Positions 18,901 through 31,000 of a stretch of 48,076 bases of DNA are shown one piece after another. Numbering within the stretch: position 1 is the stretch's first letter; each line of letters begins with the position of its first letter. A program made the translations under genes and the position numbers. Under the pieces are notes generated by a model. It did not search any database and was not told the DNA's origin. It saw only the letters and a program-made list of their open reading frames with translations. The stretch is from a virus (taxonomy: Duplodnaviria > Caudoviricetes): positions 1-48,076 of the IMG/VR virus record IMGVR_UViG_3300026138_000005; one strand, written 5' to 3'.

Positions 18901-19744
18901 GCACCCTATGTCAGTGGCAGCTTATCAGGGTACTGTTTGTTGGTACGACGTAAACAAAGGAGCAGTTGTGCAGTATGGATCAAATGGTATTAGAGTCATA
19001 TCTGATTTAGGTATGTCTAATTACTTCCGTACTATGGCGGACTTTGTTAGACCACTTAATCTTGCAGCGTCCATCAATAAACGTTACAACCAATACTATA
19101 TAACAATAGGAGCGGATAGTGACAGACCGGTAAGAGATCTTGCAGGATACGCTACAGCGGAAGGGACGGTAGACAACCCATTTGAATATGCAGATGGATT
19201 TGTTCTTGTGTTCGATATGGATACAGATAGATGGATGACAGCATTGACAATGGATCCGGAGGCGTTATCAGGGATAGGTGTTCTTCCTGCTCAGTTTAAT
19301 GAAGGTAGGCTGTGGCTACAAAAGTCAGCTTCTAGGAATAAGTTCTTTGGTAGCAACTACCCTAGTAAGATTGCTGTAGTATTGAACGCACCACCAGAGG
19401 CAGTAAAGGTTCCGGAAGCTATATCTGTAGAGTCGGATGAAGTTCCTACTCACGTATACATACAGAACCTGAGACCTTATCAGCAGCAGACAGACATAGA
19501 CTCTACTGAGTTTGTAGAGAAAGAAGGTATCTATTACGCACCAATACTAAGAGACAGGCTTACAGGTAACCCTACGGAAGATGAGGATTACTTTAACAAT
19601 CTTATCTTTGGGGACAGGATAAGGGGTCAGTTTGTTCAGGTGGCTTTGATTATGGATTACCCTGATGATGACTTTGAGGTGAACGCAATCAATGTTAAGT
19701 ACGCTATATCTTCTGGTCACACAGTAGGTAAGTCGCAAGCTTAA
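15941..19744 (+). CDS. tail stabilisation/muzzle protein (crAss-like, P22 gp10-like)
   Basis: 1267 aa; DYTASFN..I....GAITNIMGN, LQFAYRYVYKNGYRSVLSPFS, FDAVPYRAEALE..NRAFMGN, YQLGII.FD..GR, FGTSHPMS, WYDVNKGAV, F.EKEG.YY, IRGQF. Confidence 0.82.
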   Translation: MNQKFLPLGGVNLSTSLGLIPPTDYTASFNCHISNDSEGKAGAITNIMGNVPTSIPYLETEAQNPYYDYYKQPDIINGGYHTPSVTEYNGTSIASKGWDKFFFETHKGRVLGVYEEPERRRLYYYIGWDGFTFKNTVDGLEGSLRKNSGILALVCFEQYETIDDYYILQQNGSIIITDDGDFLVNEEAEDGDLLGQTYMVGLWGFGDETYTWGDTFNLTGIGKIGNEMYWAMGDKFDPMTIDAERGILTYQSSYVSEYNSNNTAYDLVSRSTFDDTYYIDSVDTNCDQDRYDAYFNPNEFTFIRRGGIRPPSVVPSYDSSKPRIIGGNVLQFAYRYVYKNGYRSVLSPFSSKTKSTNIDESDYYNVVTIYFPNNEEIPKDVDRVELCVRRGTFDSTDSNWSVIEIISRSDMVESASGNFSEFTTDYTGERVGEIIDAGSASLLFDAVPYRAEALETAKNRAFMGNVIPAGSFDVAADDFTLQFSLNDVINATIRGSYVYYNTLIVGAAVGGAGSYNVQNFYAVVNDNGNPANNGLYPVPSGFTAADFNAKTLPDTLFVHPSEALISWSGSTKTDPQIRALVEDYYQDIETNQINATTTVISTQTSPQQTPTMVNLGSTSSGVQYKGGGSYQLGIIPFDSKGRTCGVITDPEWIVDVPERTYSDARTKTSVKATFVNAPDWVSHFAFARTKCLNISSFLQYKGSTTTSVKYARTKRIDDVTSYELINTGALSTVPTAEFIAVSLKGIIEEGGGFEINQESTYRVLVKDATNEIEVSPIAMHVEGAGELWLICTLADYDCPSILADQPIIEIRELVPLLEKPLFYETKAFGKTGNSGQIFNLLGDVTLLSDQSGNINEYQNPNRERKNFLDLSVGRTYIAAPDQKQKRIGDRVYYSGISTPDSERTFINNVSALDYKETSDNGGEIKKLVMSSTTDVYGQVMLAIAETNTTSIYLGETLIRDKEGEMLTTGSPDVIGGMSEVRGMFGTSHPMSVAAYQGTVCWYDVNKGAVVQYGSNGIRVISDLGMSNYFRTMADFVRPLNLAASINKRYNQYYITIGADSDRPVRDLAGYATAEGTVDNPFEYADGFVLVFDMDTDRWMTALTMDPEALSGIGVLPAQFNEGRLWLQKSASRNKFFGSNYPSKIAVVLNAPPEAVKVPEAISVESDEVPTHVYIQNLRPYQQQTDIDSTEFVEKEGIYYAPILRDRLTGNPTEDEDYFNNLIFGDRIRGQFVQVALIMDYPDDDFEVNAINVKYAISSGHTVGKSQA

Positions 19745-19748
19745 TTAT

Positions 19749-19796
19749 AAGTTCCCCCTTATATTTATGTATATTATTGCGTAAAGTATTATATTA
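19749..19796 (+). promoter_or_regulatory. putative late promoter copy 2
   Basis: AAGTTCCCCCTTATATTTATGTATAT-tattgcg-TAAA-gta-TTATATTA; the first 26 nt are 24/26 identical to 34205-34230. Confidence 0.7.
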
Positions 19797-19826
19797 CACT
19801 ATTATTCGAATAAAACTTTTCTATAT

Positions 19827-20507
19827 ATGTCATTATTAGCAGCAAGTGCTATCATTGGTGGAGCAGCCCAATTAGGACAAACGATCTACGGTATGGTTCA
19901 GGGCTCAAAGATGATGCGTGAAGCACAACAAGTACAGAAACCTGAGTTTCAGGTTCAACAAGAATTTGAGCAGAATAGAGCTATGTCATTAAATCGTTAT
20001 TATGCAGCCAATCCTTTTATGGCTCAAGCGTCTGCTAACCTTAACAGGCAAACAGCGTCTGCTACTATAGCAGCACAGCAAACAGCAGCCGATTCAGCAG
20101 CAGCGTTACAAGCTTTGTCAGGCGTAACTTCAGGCGCACAGAACCAACAGGCTAACCTTATGGCTCAAGCAACTCAAATGCAAGACACTCGTTTTGGAGA
20201 TGTCATTGCAGCTAATCAAGCATTGGCAGCTGATAAGAACAGAGTTGTTCAGCAGAAACAACAAGATTATATGTTGGCACAGCAACAACGTATGGTTGGG
20301 CAGCAAAACATTATGAATGCTATTGGTGGTATGGGAGCTATGGCTGGGGACATATTCTCTATGGCAGCTCAGTACCCAGATTCATTTAAAGGTTTTGGAG
20401 GTCAAAATGTAAGTAACAATGACGGTGGCTTTGTTCCTCACACAACAAAAACCAAATCTGCTGGTATGGGGTACAATGTATTTAATCAAATGCCTATTAA
20501 GAGATAA
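19827..20507 (+). CDS. putative ejected/internal virion protein 1
   Basis: A/Q/G-rich helical protein with hydrophobic Gly/Ala N-terminus, directly after the muzzle gene as for podoviral pilot proteins. Confidence 0.65.
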   Translation: MSLLAASAIIGGAAQLGQTIYGMVQGSKMMREAQQVQKPEFQVQQEFEQNRAMSLNRYYAANPFMAQASANLNRQTASATIAAQQTAADSAAALQALSGVTSGAQNQQANLMAQATQMQDTRFGDVIAANQALAADKNRVVQQKQQDYMLAQQQRMVGQQNIMNAIGGMGAMAGDIFSMAAQYPDSFKGFGGQNVSNNDGGFVPHTTKTKSAGMGYNVFNQMPIKR

Positions 20508-20512
20508 GACTA

Positions 20513-22003
20513 ATGAATATTTATAATCCTTTACAATATACCGGAAAAAGCTTTACCTCTAGTGTTAAGGAAACATTCCAACAACAAGAGGCTAAAAAGC
20601 AAGCATCTATAGAGAGGATGAACGAAACCCTGAGAACACAAGCTGCTCAGGGTCGTTTGGGTTCATTGGCAAATAGCATTCTCAACGATGCACTTACGCA
20701 AGCAAGCGAGCAGGGACTCATTGGTGTAAACCAATACGAGATTATGAATCAGGCTATGCCTAAGTTCTATGCTGCTAAGTCCGCTGTGACTGATCTAAAT
20801 AATTCCTACAATGCAGAATTAAAGGCTGCTCAAGCTGACGATTCAATTAATGTGGACGCAAACTTCTTAGCGTACCTTAATGAAAAGTACTATTCTGATG
20901 ATGTAACTCTAGAGAACATTGATGCTCACGCTGCCAACGTAGTAAATAAAGGATTTAACATTGCAGAGCATACCGAGTTCCTTAATGAAGAGTATATACT
21001 TGATAAGGTTATCCCAACAATGGTTACTCAGTTTTCTGAATCTGAGTACGGAGTTGTAGGGCAGGAAGAAGGTATGGATGTTTTTGGAACTACCACTACC
21101 ACAGGTGTTGTTAGAGCAAATGTAGACAACATAGCCAATTTTACAGCCAACCCACAAGTTGAAGCATTTCTAATCAAGAAGGCTAGAGAGGCTAACCCAA
21201 ATGTGGACATCACTAACTTAAACTTGCAAGTGCCTAAGGCAGAGCAGGTTAGAATTATGAACGAAGTTCTTGATGCTAAATTCCCTACGAGTACAAGTAT
21301 TGCTGGTGCAGGTGTTAGTAGGAAGCAAATAATAGAGATGGGGGCTAGGGCAGAAAGGGCTAATATTAAATACCGGAACCTACTAGAGCAGGAGGAATTG
21401 AACGAACTAAGTAAAGCAAAGGCGTTAATTAAAAGAAAGCGGGAATTGAATCCAGATTTAAGTGTCTCTGCTGCTACTGAAGCATTGAAAGCAGAAAAAA
21501 TAGGTGATAAGCCTAGATACAATGCTAATTACTTAAATCGGGCATTCGCAGAACTGACTGGTGGCAAACCTTTCGCAGATCAATTATTAGAGCAACAAAA
21601 TAAACAAAATGCTTCTTTAATATACGATCAGACTCCTATGGAGACAGTTGATGATTTGAAAAAATTAATGATTCGTGACTTTGGAGATGTCGATATATTA
21701 GATGTTAAAGAAATTGAAACTGAGATAAATGAAAAACCTGTAAAACAAGTTTTAGTAGAAATAAGGATATCAAAGGATGAACCTAAAGAAGTTGCTATTA
21801 CTCTTGATGAGAAGGGGAAACCTACTCCTGAATCCATAAGGACATTTAAAGATGTTTTAGTTAGTCAGGCATATGGCGATAGAGCAGTAAGAAGATCTGG
21901 TGGGGCTAATGTTTCTAAGGATAAATCTACAAATCCATTTTTTCTTAAAGACTTGGTAACAGGAAAATTACCTAACAACTATGTCGAGAAAACCCAGCAA
22001 TAA
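20513..22003 (+). CDS. putative ejected/internal virion protein 2
   Basis: 496-aa helical protein between the pilot-like and giant genes; function inferred from position only. Confidence 0.55.
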   Translation: MNIYNPLQYTGKSFTSSVKETFQQQEAKKQASIERMNETLRTQAAQGRLGSLANSILNDALTQASEQGLIGVNQYEIMNQAMPKFYAAKSAVTDLNNSYNAELKAAQADDSINVDANFLAYLNEKYYSDDVTLENIDAHAANVVNKGFNIAEHTEFLNEEYILDKVIPTMVTQFSESEYGVVGQEEGMDVFGTTTTTGVVRANVDNIANFTANPQVEAFLIKKAREANPNVDITNLNLQVPKAEQVRIMNEVLDAKFPTSTSIAGAGVSRKQIIEMGARAERANIKYRNLLEQEELNELSKAKALIKRKRELNPDLSVSAATEALKAEKIGDKPRYNANYLNRAFAELTGGKPFADQLLEQQNKQNASLIYDQTPMETVDDLKKLMIRDFGDVDILDVKEIETEINEKPVKQVLVEIRISKDEPKEVAITLDEKGKPTPESIRTFKDVLVSQAYGDRAVRRSGGANVSKDKSTNPFFLKDLVTGKLPNNYVEKTQQ

Positions 22004-22023
22004 ATATTTAAACCATATACATA

Positions 22024-25000
22024 ATGAATCCAAAATTAAAAGAATTAGTCAGTAGACTTAATGCTGCACAAGCGTTTGGGGATACAGAGCTAACTGAAGA
22101 GCAATTCCTTAATATATTTTCTGACGAAGTCAAAAAAGAGGAATTACTAAAAAGACTGAACACGGCGAAAGCATTTGGCTCGGAGGACTTAGGTATAAAA
22201 GAATTTAACTCTACCTTTTTTTCGTCCCCAAGTCCGGAGTTCGTGGCTCCAAAGGCTGAAGCAGAACTTGAAGTTTCAGATAGAGAGACTAGAGGCTACT
22301 CTACAGACCTTCCGGACGTACAAACGGAATCAACCGTACCAGAACTAGACCCTTCCTTATTGACAGGAACCACAGACGCAACAGCAGACGTGGATCTTTC
22401 TGAGATTCAAGGTGGCACAAATATAGATAGGTTTATTCTAGATAATAAGGATGAGCTATTCAGGAATGTATCCGAGTATGAAGGCACAGAAAAGTATGAA
22501 GTAGATAGAGGTAGCGATGCGTACCAAGCTTTATACAAGCAGGTAAAGGATTACGTACAGAAGAAGCCGGTATCTGCTAGAGATACAGGTGTAATATTTG
22601 ACCCTATAGAATTCCGAAACGATCCTAATAGGTATCAAGAGAATCAAATACAGGCAGAGATGGCTAGATTCTTAGAGGCTAACGCACCTGAGGATATAGG
22701 CTTACGAGACTTGCAAGAACAAAAGTTTCAGGAAACATCAGAGGTTGTTGGACTAGAGCTTGACGTAACTAGAAAAAGATTGAACGAGCTAATCAACGAG
22801 TTCGAGAACACGCCAATGACTAATGCTGAGGCTGACTTAAAGCTTCAGGAAATAAGAGCGTTAGAGGATGATTTAAAAGAAGCTGGCAAGGAATACCTAG
22901 AAACAACCGGAATAGGTGAAACTATGGAGGCGTTTGCTACGGTAGAGCCAGAAGAAATGGAGTCTGCTTCTAAATATTTGAGAGGACACCAACTAGCCGG
23001 TGGAGCAGCTATCAGTAAGGTGTTAATAGATGCATTCGTAAAAAACCAGCCAAAAGAACCAGCGATAGCTGAGCTTAGTGCTAACTTTGCAGCCAATGCA
23101 GAAAACGTAATCAATGGAGACGAAGCACAGTCTAAAGAAGCTATAGATAATATCGTAGCTCAGTTCAAAGCTAACCCATATGTACGAGAAGACGAAACTT
23201 ACGTTGATCGTTTATCATCTGTAGTAGCTGAAATGAAGCTAGGTAGGTATGCTAAAACAGAGGCAGGGAATGTGTTGGCTGATATGTACGTAGACGCATT
23301 TAGAAAGAACGTAGAGCCTAAGACTAAGGCAGCTAAGATTGGATATGGTATAACTACTATACCTTACTCTATTATAGATGATGTGGTAGAGATAGCTCCT
23401 GAGCTACTTACAGTAGCAGGTACTGTTATGACTCAAGATGATAACCGTATACAAGATGCTAAGCAAGCGGTAGCAGATGCGTATGAGTCTGACAATCCAA
23501 CCGATATAGCAAATGCTATGCAGAACTTCTACGACGTAGAATCTAATGTAGCTAATGAGTTCCTTAAAACTTCAGGATACCTCTTTGATATTGATGCAGC
23601 CAAAGGAGGTGTAGGTGATATTACTAAGTACAAGTTAGACAGATCTACAGCTGCAAAGATTAAAGCACAGAACAGGTCATTAACAGATAACACGTGGAAG
23701 GGCATAGGCGATGCTTATGATGCAGGCGAGATTTCTAAAACAGAAATGATAGTAGGTAAAGCAGGAGTAGCTATATCCAACGCTTTCCAATCTTCGCCTT
23801 CTATGGTTCAAGCAATGATACCTTATGTAGGTATTGCCTCTATGGCTACAAGTGCAGGTGCTGATAAGTACTTCGAGGGTTTAGGTAATCTAGATGCAGA
23901 CTATAAGAACTTATTAGTAGGTTCAGCCGCAGTGGCAGTAGCAGAAGGATTTTCTGGGCACATCGAAAGATACATTGGAGGTAAGGCGTGGAGAACAATG
24001 ACTACGGCTGCTAAGAAAAAAACTGTTTCTGAGTTAATTAAAAATTCAAAAGACTTCTTCGAGCTGTCAAACTCAGCATACAGAAAAGCAGTTCTAAAAG
24101 AAACAGGTAAGGATTTAGGAGAGCTTCTATTTGATTCATCTGCTGAAGGCTTCAGTGAGATGCTTGTTACGTTAACTAGCAATGTAGTAGATAGAGACGT
24201 GCTAGGGATGGACAAAGACTTGTTCGCTGATATGGGTGAAACATTTGCTACAGGATTTGCAATGGGTGCTGGCGCAGGTTCTATTACTGCTTACGGTAAT
24301 ATAAAAGAGTCTATCAAGAATCCTTATGAGATGTCTGCTGAGTTTAGAGAAGTATACAACGCTGCTCGTGTAGTACAGCAGAGAGCTAAGTCTAGTCCTA
24401 TAATTAATAAGATTAGAGGTAGAGATACTAAGGAAACTAGCTTAGGCAATGACGTACAGGGATTGCAGGGTAAGATCGAAGCTATAGTTTTGATGACCGG
24501 CGCTAGTGTATCTCAGGCTACAGATGCTTTGAGAGCTACTATGCCTAACGTGAAGACTGATACTCAGTTAGAGACAGACCTTAGTAAAGCAGCGGAAGAT
24601 ACTAAGCAGAGTATTTCTGAGAGATTACAAGAGGCTGATGCTAGAACTAGAATGTCTTTTGCTTTTAACGAAATGAGAGATGGTAATGTACACGAGGCTA
24701 TAGAGGTGTTAGCAGCTGAAGAAGTTGCGCAGGAGGGTAGAGCTGACGAAACTATGGAGGCTCCAAAGGTTATGGAGCGTAGAGCAGAGACTGCCGATAC
24801 TGCTGCAATGTCCAGTATTACCGGAGACAGTAATCAAACAGGCACTGTAACAACTACGTTGCAGTCAGTAAGTATAAATGGTAAAGAAGAAGATGATGTA
24901 ACTACTATTAGCACTGACGCAAAAGAGGAGACTTCTGATATTCAATTTAGAGATGGAGAAAAGCAGATGTCAGTTTCAGCGGTATCTTCTGAAATTGTTA

Positions 25001-28000
25001 ACTTAGAAGTTACACGAAAAGAAGACGGCACTTACACTATGGTGGCTGACGACGAGCTTAACGTGAACGCTAAACCTTTTGTGTACGTAGCACTTTCTAA
25101 GATAGCTGAGAATATGAATAAGAATGGCGTTACTGATACAGGTAGCGTCAAGGTAGTTATAGAGGGAGTAGACCAAGCAACAATTGACAACGAACTTAAT
25201 AATATTAGCGATGCACTTTCTGAAGTATTTGGAGAAGGTGGATTTACTATAAGCAATGTAAAAGAAAACTCAACCACACGAGAGACGCAAGGTGGACAAG
25301 AGTTTACGATATCTATTGATGGTGGCTTTAATGCTCAAAACGTGCAGGATAAATTATCTACTGTAATAGAATTTAAAGAACAGTTTAAAGAAGAAACAGG
25401 ACAGGATAATATTCAAGAAGGAGAAACCTTAGAAGAGTACGGTAAAAGACGAACGAAGGAAGCAGAGATGCAGTACTTAACAGAGGAAGAAGCAGAGGAA
25501 AAGGCTTGGGGATTTTGGATGCTTGAAGGAGCAGACCGATGGATGTCTAATATGAATCCAGATGATGCATTAGATCAATGGCGGAATAGAGTGGCTGCTA
25601 AAGATGGTATTATAGACGAAACGATGTCTGATGAGCAGATACTAGATTCGCTAGAAACACTATTTAATAATCTATTAGATGCATATACTAAAAAAGAGAA
25701 TCTATCTAGAGCAATGGGGAAGGGTGTTTTTGCTGAGTTAGTTGCAATAGACAGAAAAAAGTTAGAAGATAATAAAGAGACACTCAAAGAAAGATACTTA
25801 AAAACAATAAAAGCAGCTGTTGAGACTCAAAGGGAGTCTGGCGGTAAGTTTGTTTTCTTGTTAACAAAAGAAGCTCAGGATGACTATGTTAACTTTTGGT
25901 TTGGAGGAGATCCAAGTGGACATAATTCTTATGGGCACTTTGCACCGCAAAGGAATGCTATAGTTATTTATGGGGATAAGTTACTAGAGCAAATTCAAAA
26001 TGCAACAGAGGCTTACGAATTAAGTCCTTTAGAGTTCCCTATTAAGCTCAAAGAAGTTTTAGCTCACGAGCTATTCCACTCAATGCTAGATAAAGCTTAT
26101 AAGGCTATTATGGCAAAGACTGGGATGGATAAGATAAAGATAAGGTCTGAGCTTGTTACTCAGATTGTAGAGATGTTTGATAAGGGTAAGCTTAAATTTA
26201 GAAGCGAGATTGACCAAATTAGATTTGCGAAATTTATAAGTGCATATAGAGAAGAGGGGGCGAATGTTATGTACGAAGAGATACTCGTAGAGATTGTTCC
26301 TCAAATTATGCAGGGTAAGATATTTTTTGACCCAACGGTAGAGTACGGAGGATTAAAGAAGCTTTTGCAGACTATATTAGATGTAGTTAATGACTTGTTC
26401 AATACAGACTTTAATATAAAAGATTTAGGTATCGATGAGCTTGATCAAAGGACTGTAGAGGCAGAGGCTTTCTTAACTATTCTTTCAAGTGTGTACACTC
26501 CAGATGAAAAAGGTCTTAGCGCCACAGCTTTAAATGGGGCACTAGTTAGATTATTGACTAATGTTGAGGCTGTAGCAATGGCTAAGATGGAGAAGAAAGG
26601 ATTTACGAGCGAGGCTGATTATCAAAATATGATTGCTCGTTCTGTGTTATCAGAGGATAGCCCATTACTCAGCTCAGGTATTATAGATAGAGACCCTGCA
26701 TCTAGAGGGACTATTGTTGATCCATTAGGTCAAGTGTTACTTCGTATTGATGACAACGAAACATCTAATGCAGTATCGCCTTTAGATTTTAATGAACCTA
26801 GTAGCGTTAATCAGCATTTATCTAACCATATTATGGATGCATTGCGTACAGGTGCTATTAAATTTAAGAACAAGAATGTAGCTGAGAGTTTTACTAGATG
26901 GATGGGAGCTTATCCTGTTTTGAGTAGGTCGGAAGAGATGGTTACTGAGGTGTACTCTATGATACAGTCAGGTGATTTATCAATAGACACGTACAGAATG
27001 ACAAGTCCTCTAAAGAATATGCTGAAGGGATTTGTTCGTTTTGCTTCTGATATATCTGGCACTCCAATTAAATTAGACTTTAATAATCCAGCAGCCGTAG
27101 CTGAGGCTTTTGCTGCTTTGACAGAGATGGGGGTTACTGGGTCTCCGTCAGGATTGCTTGCAGATAGATTGTCTTCGGCTAAGATAGAGGGCAGTCCTAT
27201 TGATGGAGTATTATTCCAAAAGCAAGTTAAGAAGACTGGATTTGTAGCTGCTGAAGGAGCAGAGGGTGCAGCACTTAGAAAGTATGCGCTAATTAAAGGT
27301 CTACCTACCTACGAAGGCAAGAGGCACATTGCAGTAGAGATGACTCAAGAGCAAGCGATGACAGCTATGGCTGACTTAGGTATCGCAGGTATACACACAG
27401 ACAAAGGTATTCTTACATTAGATGGCAAGATATATCCTAAAGGTAAGGGAGGTGATATTATTTCTATTAACTTTGGTAAGAACACAGTTAGACTAGAGTA
27501 TTCTAAGGATCCTGTGAAGTCTGGAGTTAAGGTGGACGCTAAGCCTTATAGTCCTCGTATTGCTAGAGAGGCTGTTCAAGCTATTCCGGAATTGAAGAGC
27601 GATACAGAGAAGAAGCGTCTTAACAAGATTGCTGCTAAGCTTATGTCACTAGGGTACGTAGATGCTGCAAAGTCCATACTAGTAGTAGCTGAAGCAACAA
27701 GACATTTAAAGAGGAATAACATACAAACAAGAATAGTATTTGACAAAGCAAGAAAGCTAAGAAAAGATCTTGCAGGCACTACGTTAGATATAAACCTTAA
27801 AGAAGGGAACCCTGTTAAGGTAGCCACTGATATGGCTTCTTTAATATTTAGTAACAAAACCCAAAAGTTTAAGGATGAAGTATACGGAGCAATTAAACTT
27901 GCTATTACTGGCGATAAGGATGGCAACGCAATTAAAGTATTAATAGACATACTATCTGGTACAACTGAACTTACAGACAAACAACAACAACAATTAGCAA

Positions 28001-31000
28001 AAAAGATCATTAGTACCAAGAATAGATTGCTTAAATCTTTAGACGTTCCGTTACAGATTGATGAGTCTGCTGTTATAATAAACTCTATTAGAGAGGATAT
28101 ATTTAGAGAGGCAGCTTTAGAGCTTATGTCTTATGGGAACCAAGAGTTCGATGATATGGTTGAACTGGGTTTACCTGTCGGTATGCTTAATACAGATAAG
28201 TATACTAAGGTTAGAGACTTAGACTATAACAAACCTAGAACAATCAACCCTAATATGTTAGCTCAGCGTGCAGAGCAAATGGAAATGTCTTACGGTTTAC
28301 CTAAGGGTAGTATACAGATTCCTATGTTCGATCACACTACGCTTGATGACGATACCCCAATGCTTACAGTTCCTCACGACAGGCAGTTTACTGGTAAAGT
28401 GACTACGCCAATTGGCGACTTTGACTTCTCTGGCGGTGGATTAGGTATGTTTCACCCAGACAGGGTAAAGGCAGGAGTGGTATATATGTCAGAAAATAGT
28501 AAGGTGCAGGGTATGGTAGCTCAGGCTATACGGCTAGCTAAGTTCATACAAGAGAGAGATGGGTTGCCGGAACCGCCTAATAATGTGGTCGTTGCAGCTG
28601 TTATGGGTAAAGATAACTGGCAGTCAAACAGAGACACAGCAGGCTTCGTTACTTCAATGGCAGAGCAGCAGTTCGGCAGCACTATGGATTCGCCTATACC
28701 TCAGGCATTTAAGGACGCTATACTTAATCCTGAATTAATTAAGTACACAAAAGATGGTGTTACTAAATTATCTAAAGCCGGTAGGTTAATCACGGAGATA
28801 ATGGCAGAGTCTAAGACAATGAGAGACTTCTTTACTAAGGTAGAGCAACGATCTTTTAATGACAGGAAAGACATAGCCAGTAGATACTTCTTGCAGAAAA
28901 ACTTAGACAATGAATTTGCTACAGGTAAAGGATCTAAATACAAAAGGTTCTTAGCTAAAGTAGGTAGTGCATTAATGGGTCTTAGTGTTGAGCCTGCTTG
29001 GAACATTGTTCCAGACAAGCACATCTTTATGATGTTCGAAATGGATATTGCGAAGACAGCTAAAATGATAGAGCAGGAATCGGCTATGAATCACAGGTCT
29101 TATAGCACCGACGTTTATGGAAAGCAGTTGGGTATTCTAAGTCAAACTGTATTTTATCCTCAGGCTGTATCATTCCCTTCAGATTTATTGGAAGCTACTA
29201 AGCCTAAGGAAGACTCAGATATGACTAAGATTATTGAGGCTTATTCAGAGTCCGTAGCAAAAGTAGAGGCTGGGGAAGCTACTGCAAAAGACTACGAGAA
29301 TATTACTCGTATGGGTCGTGAAGGAGGTCAGTCAGCATTCTTTACTGCCGGCAAAGAAATACCAGCGCCTGCTGATAGTGAGTCAGCTGAAAGGACTATC
29401 GCTACAAACGTAGAGGCAGATCCTACAGCAGGTGTTAGGTTTATGAAGGAAGAGGATAAAGAAGCTGAACCAACGGTTGAGGGTGTATCTCCTGAGACCA
29501 CTCCTGTTAGGGCAACTCCTAAAGAAGGAGCTAAGGCAGCAGGTGACAGGCTTGCACGAGATGCTAAAAGGAAGAGAAAGGTTAAGAAGCTACAGGAGTT
29601 AGTTGCGAGTGCAAAGGAACAAGCAATTGCTGACTTATCTACTAAAAGCAGAGAAATAGCTGTAACATTAACTAATGAAGAAATAGATGCTCTTGTAAGT
29701 ATATTAGAAGGAGATGATGGGTACGCTATTACAGCGTTCATTATTACAAGTGACAGGCAAGCAAGAGACCAACAGGGTATGATGTTCAAGGCGGATACTA
29801 TTATAGCTGAAACTCTTGCACAGAAATTAGACATATCTATTAACAGCGCTAAGGCGCTAGTAGAAGCTGTTACCGGAAGGCAGTTTGTATCTCCGGAATC
29901 TTCTACAGAAGCTAGAAGAAGAGAAGATTACACTCAAGTAGTTGTAAACTCTATAAAATTCTATATGGCTACAAATAAACTAGGGGTTGGCTTTATTAAT
30001 TCAGCACTTAGAGCGTTAGGATATAATACAGGCATAGAGGGTATAGACACTATGGTTGGTGACTCTGGTGCTTTGATGCACAGGCAAATAAAGAACTTTG
30101 CAGCTGCAAAAAGACAGAGCTTACAAACCAGAATAAAGGAGTTAGAAAGAAGGATGGCTATCTTAGAAAGAGAAGGAGGCACAGACTTGGCAGCTATGGA
30201 AAGCTTAGGTAGCAGGATATCCACAGCACAGGTGCAGCTTGAAAACTTACAGCAAATCATTGATGACGTTGATGGATACCACGCACTAGATAAAGCTAAA
30301 TCTGTTGCTGCTTATACTAGGTCTCAAATGAGGCAGTGGTTGTACGAAGGCGGTAAGAAGTCATTCTTAGCTAGAGTTAACCAACACTTCACGTATGACG
30401 AGTTCAATGAGATTTTGTTGGCTATGCACACAAAAGAAAGGACTGTAAGAAACGAGCAGATACTTAGAGAATCTATTGGTTTAGCACAAATAGAAAGACT
30501 TGAACTTACAAACGAGAAAGAAAACATAGAAGCAAATATTAGTAAAGCAGAAGAAGCAGGCGTAGATACTGTTGCCTTAAACAAGACTCTTGTAACTACA
30601 GAGCGCCAGCTAAAAGAAAACGAAGAAAAGTTAAAAGAACTTAAGAAAAAGCTGAACGAGAATATAGTGCACGCTGAAGATGTACTGATCCCTCAGTCGG
30701 AAGCTATCTTAAAAAAGTTTGAAGCTAAAAGCGACGAAGCTAAGACAGCGTTTAGAGAGCTTGCAGCAGAGATGAAAGAGAACCTTATCACTAAGCGTAT
30801 AGAAATGCTTTACGATAATGGTATGATTACATCTGAGCAGAAAGAAGCTTTAATGAATGGGTCTCGTAAGAGTATAGACCAAATCAACAGAGAGGGTAAA
30901 GACAGAGAACTTAGAGAGCAGCTTGACAGGGGTAATATTACCTACGATGAGTACTTAGAAAAGCAAAGTAAGCTAGACGAATCTTCTATTGAGTTCGAAG

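Noticed and set aside
28414-28431. GDFDFS as a virion RNA polymerase active site
   Set aside because: Lacks the third Asp of the DxDxD motif, and no other RNAP motif was recognised.
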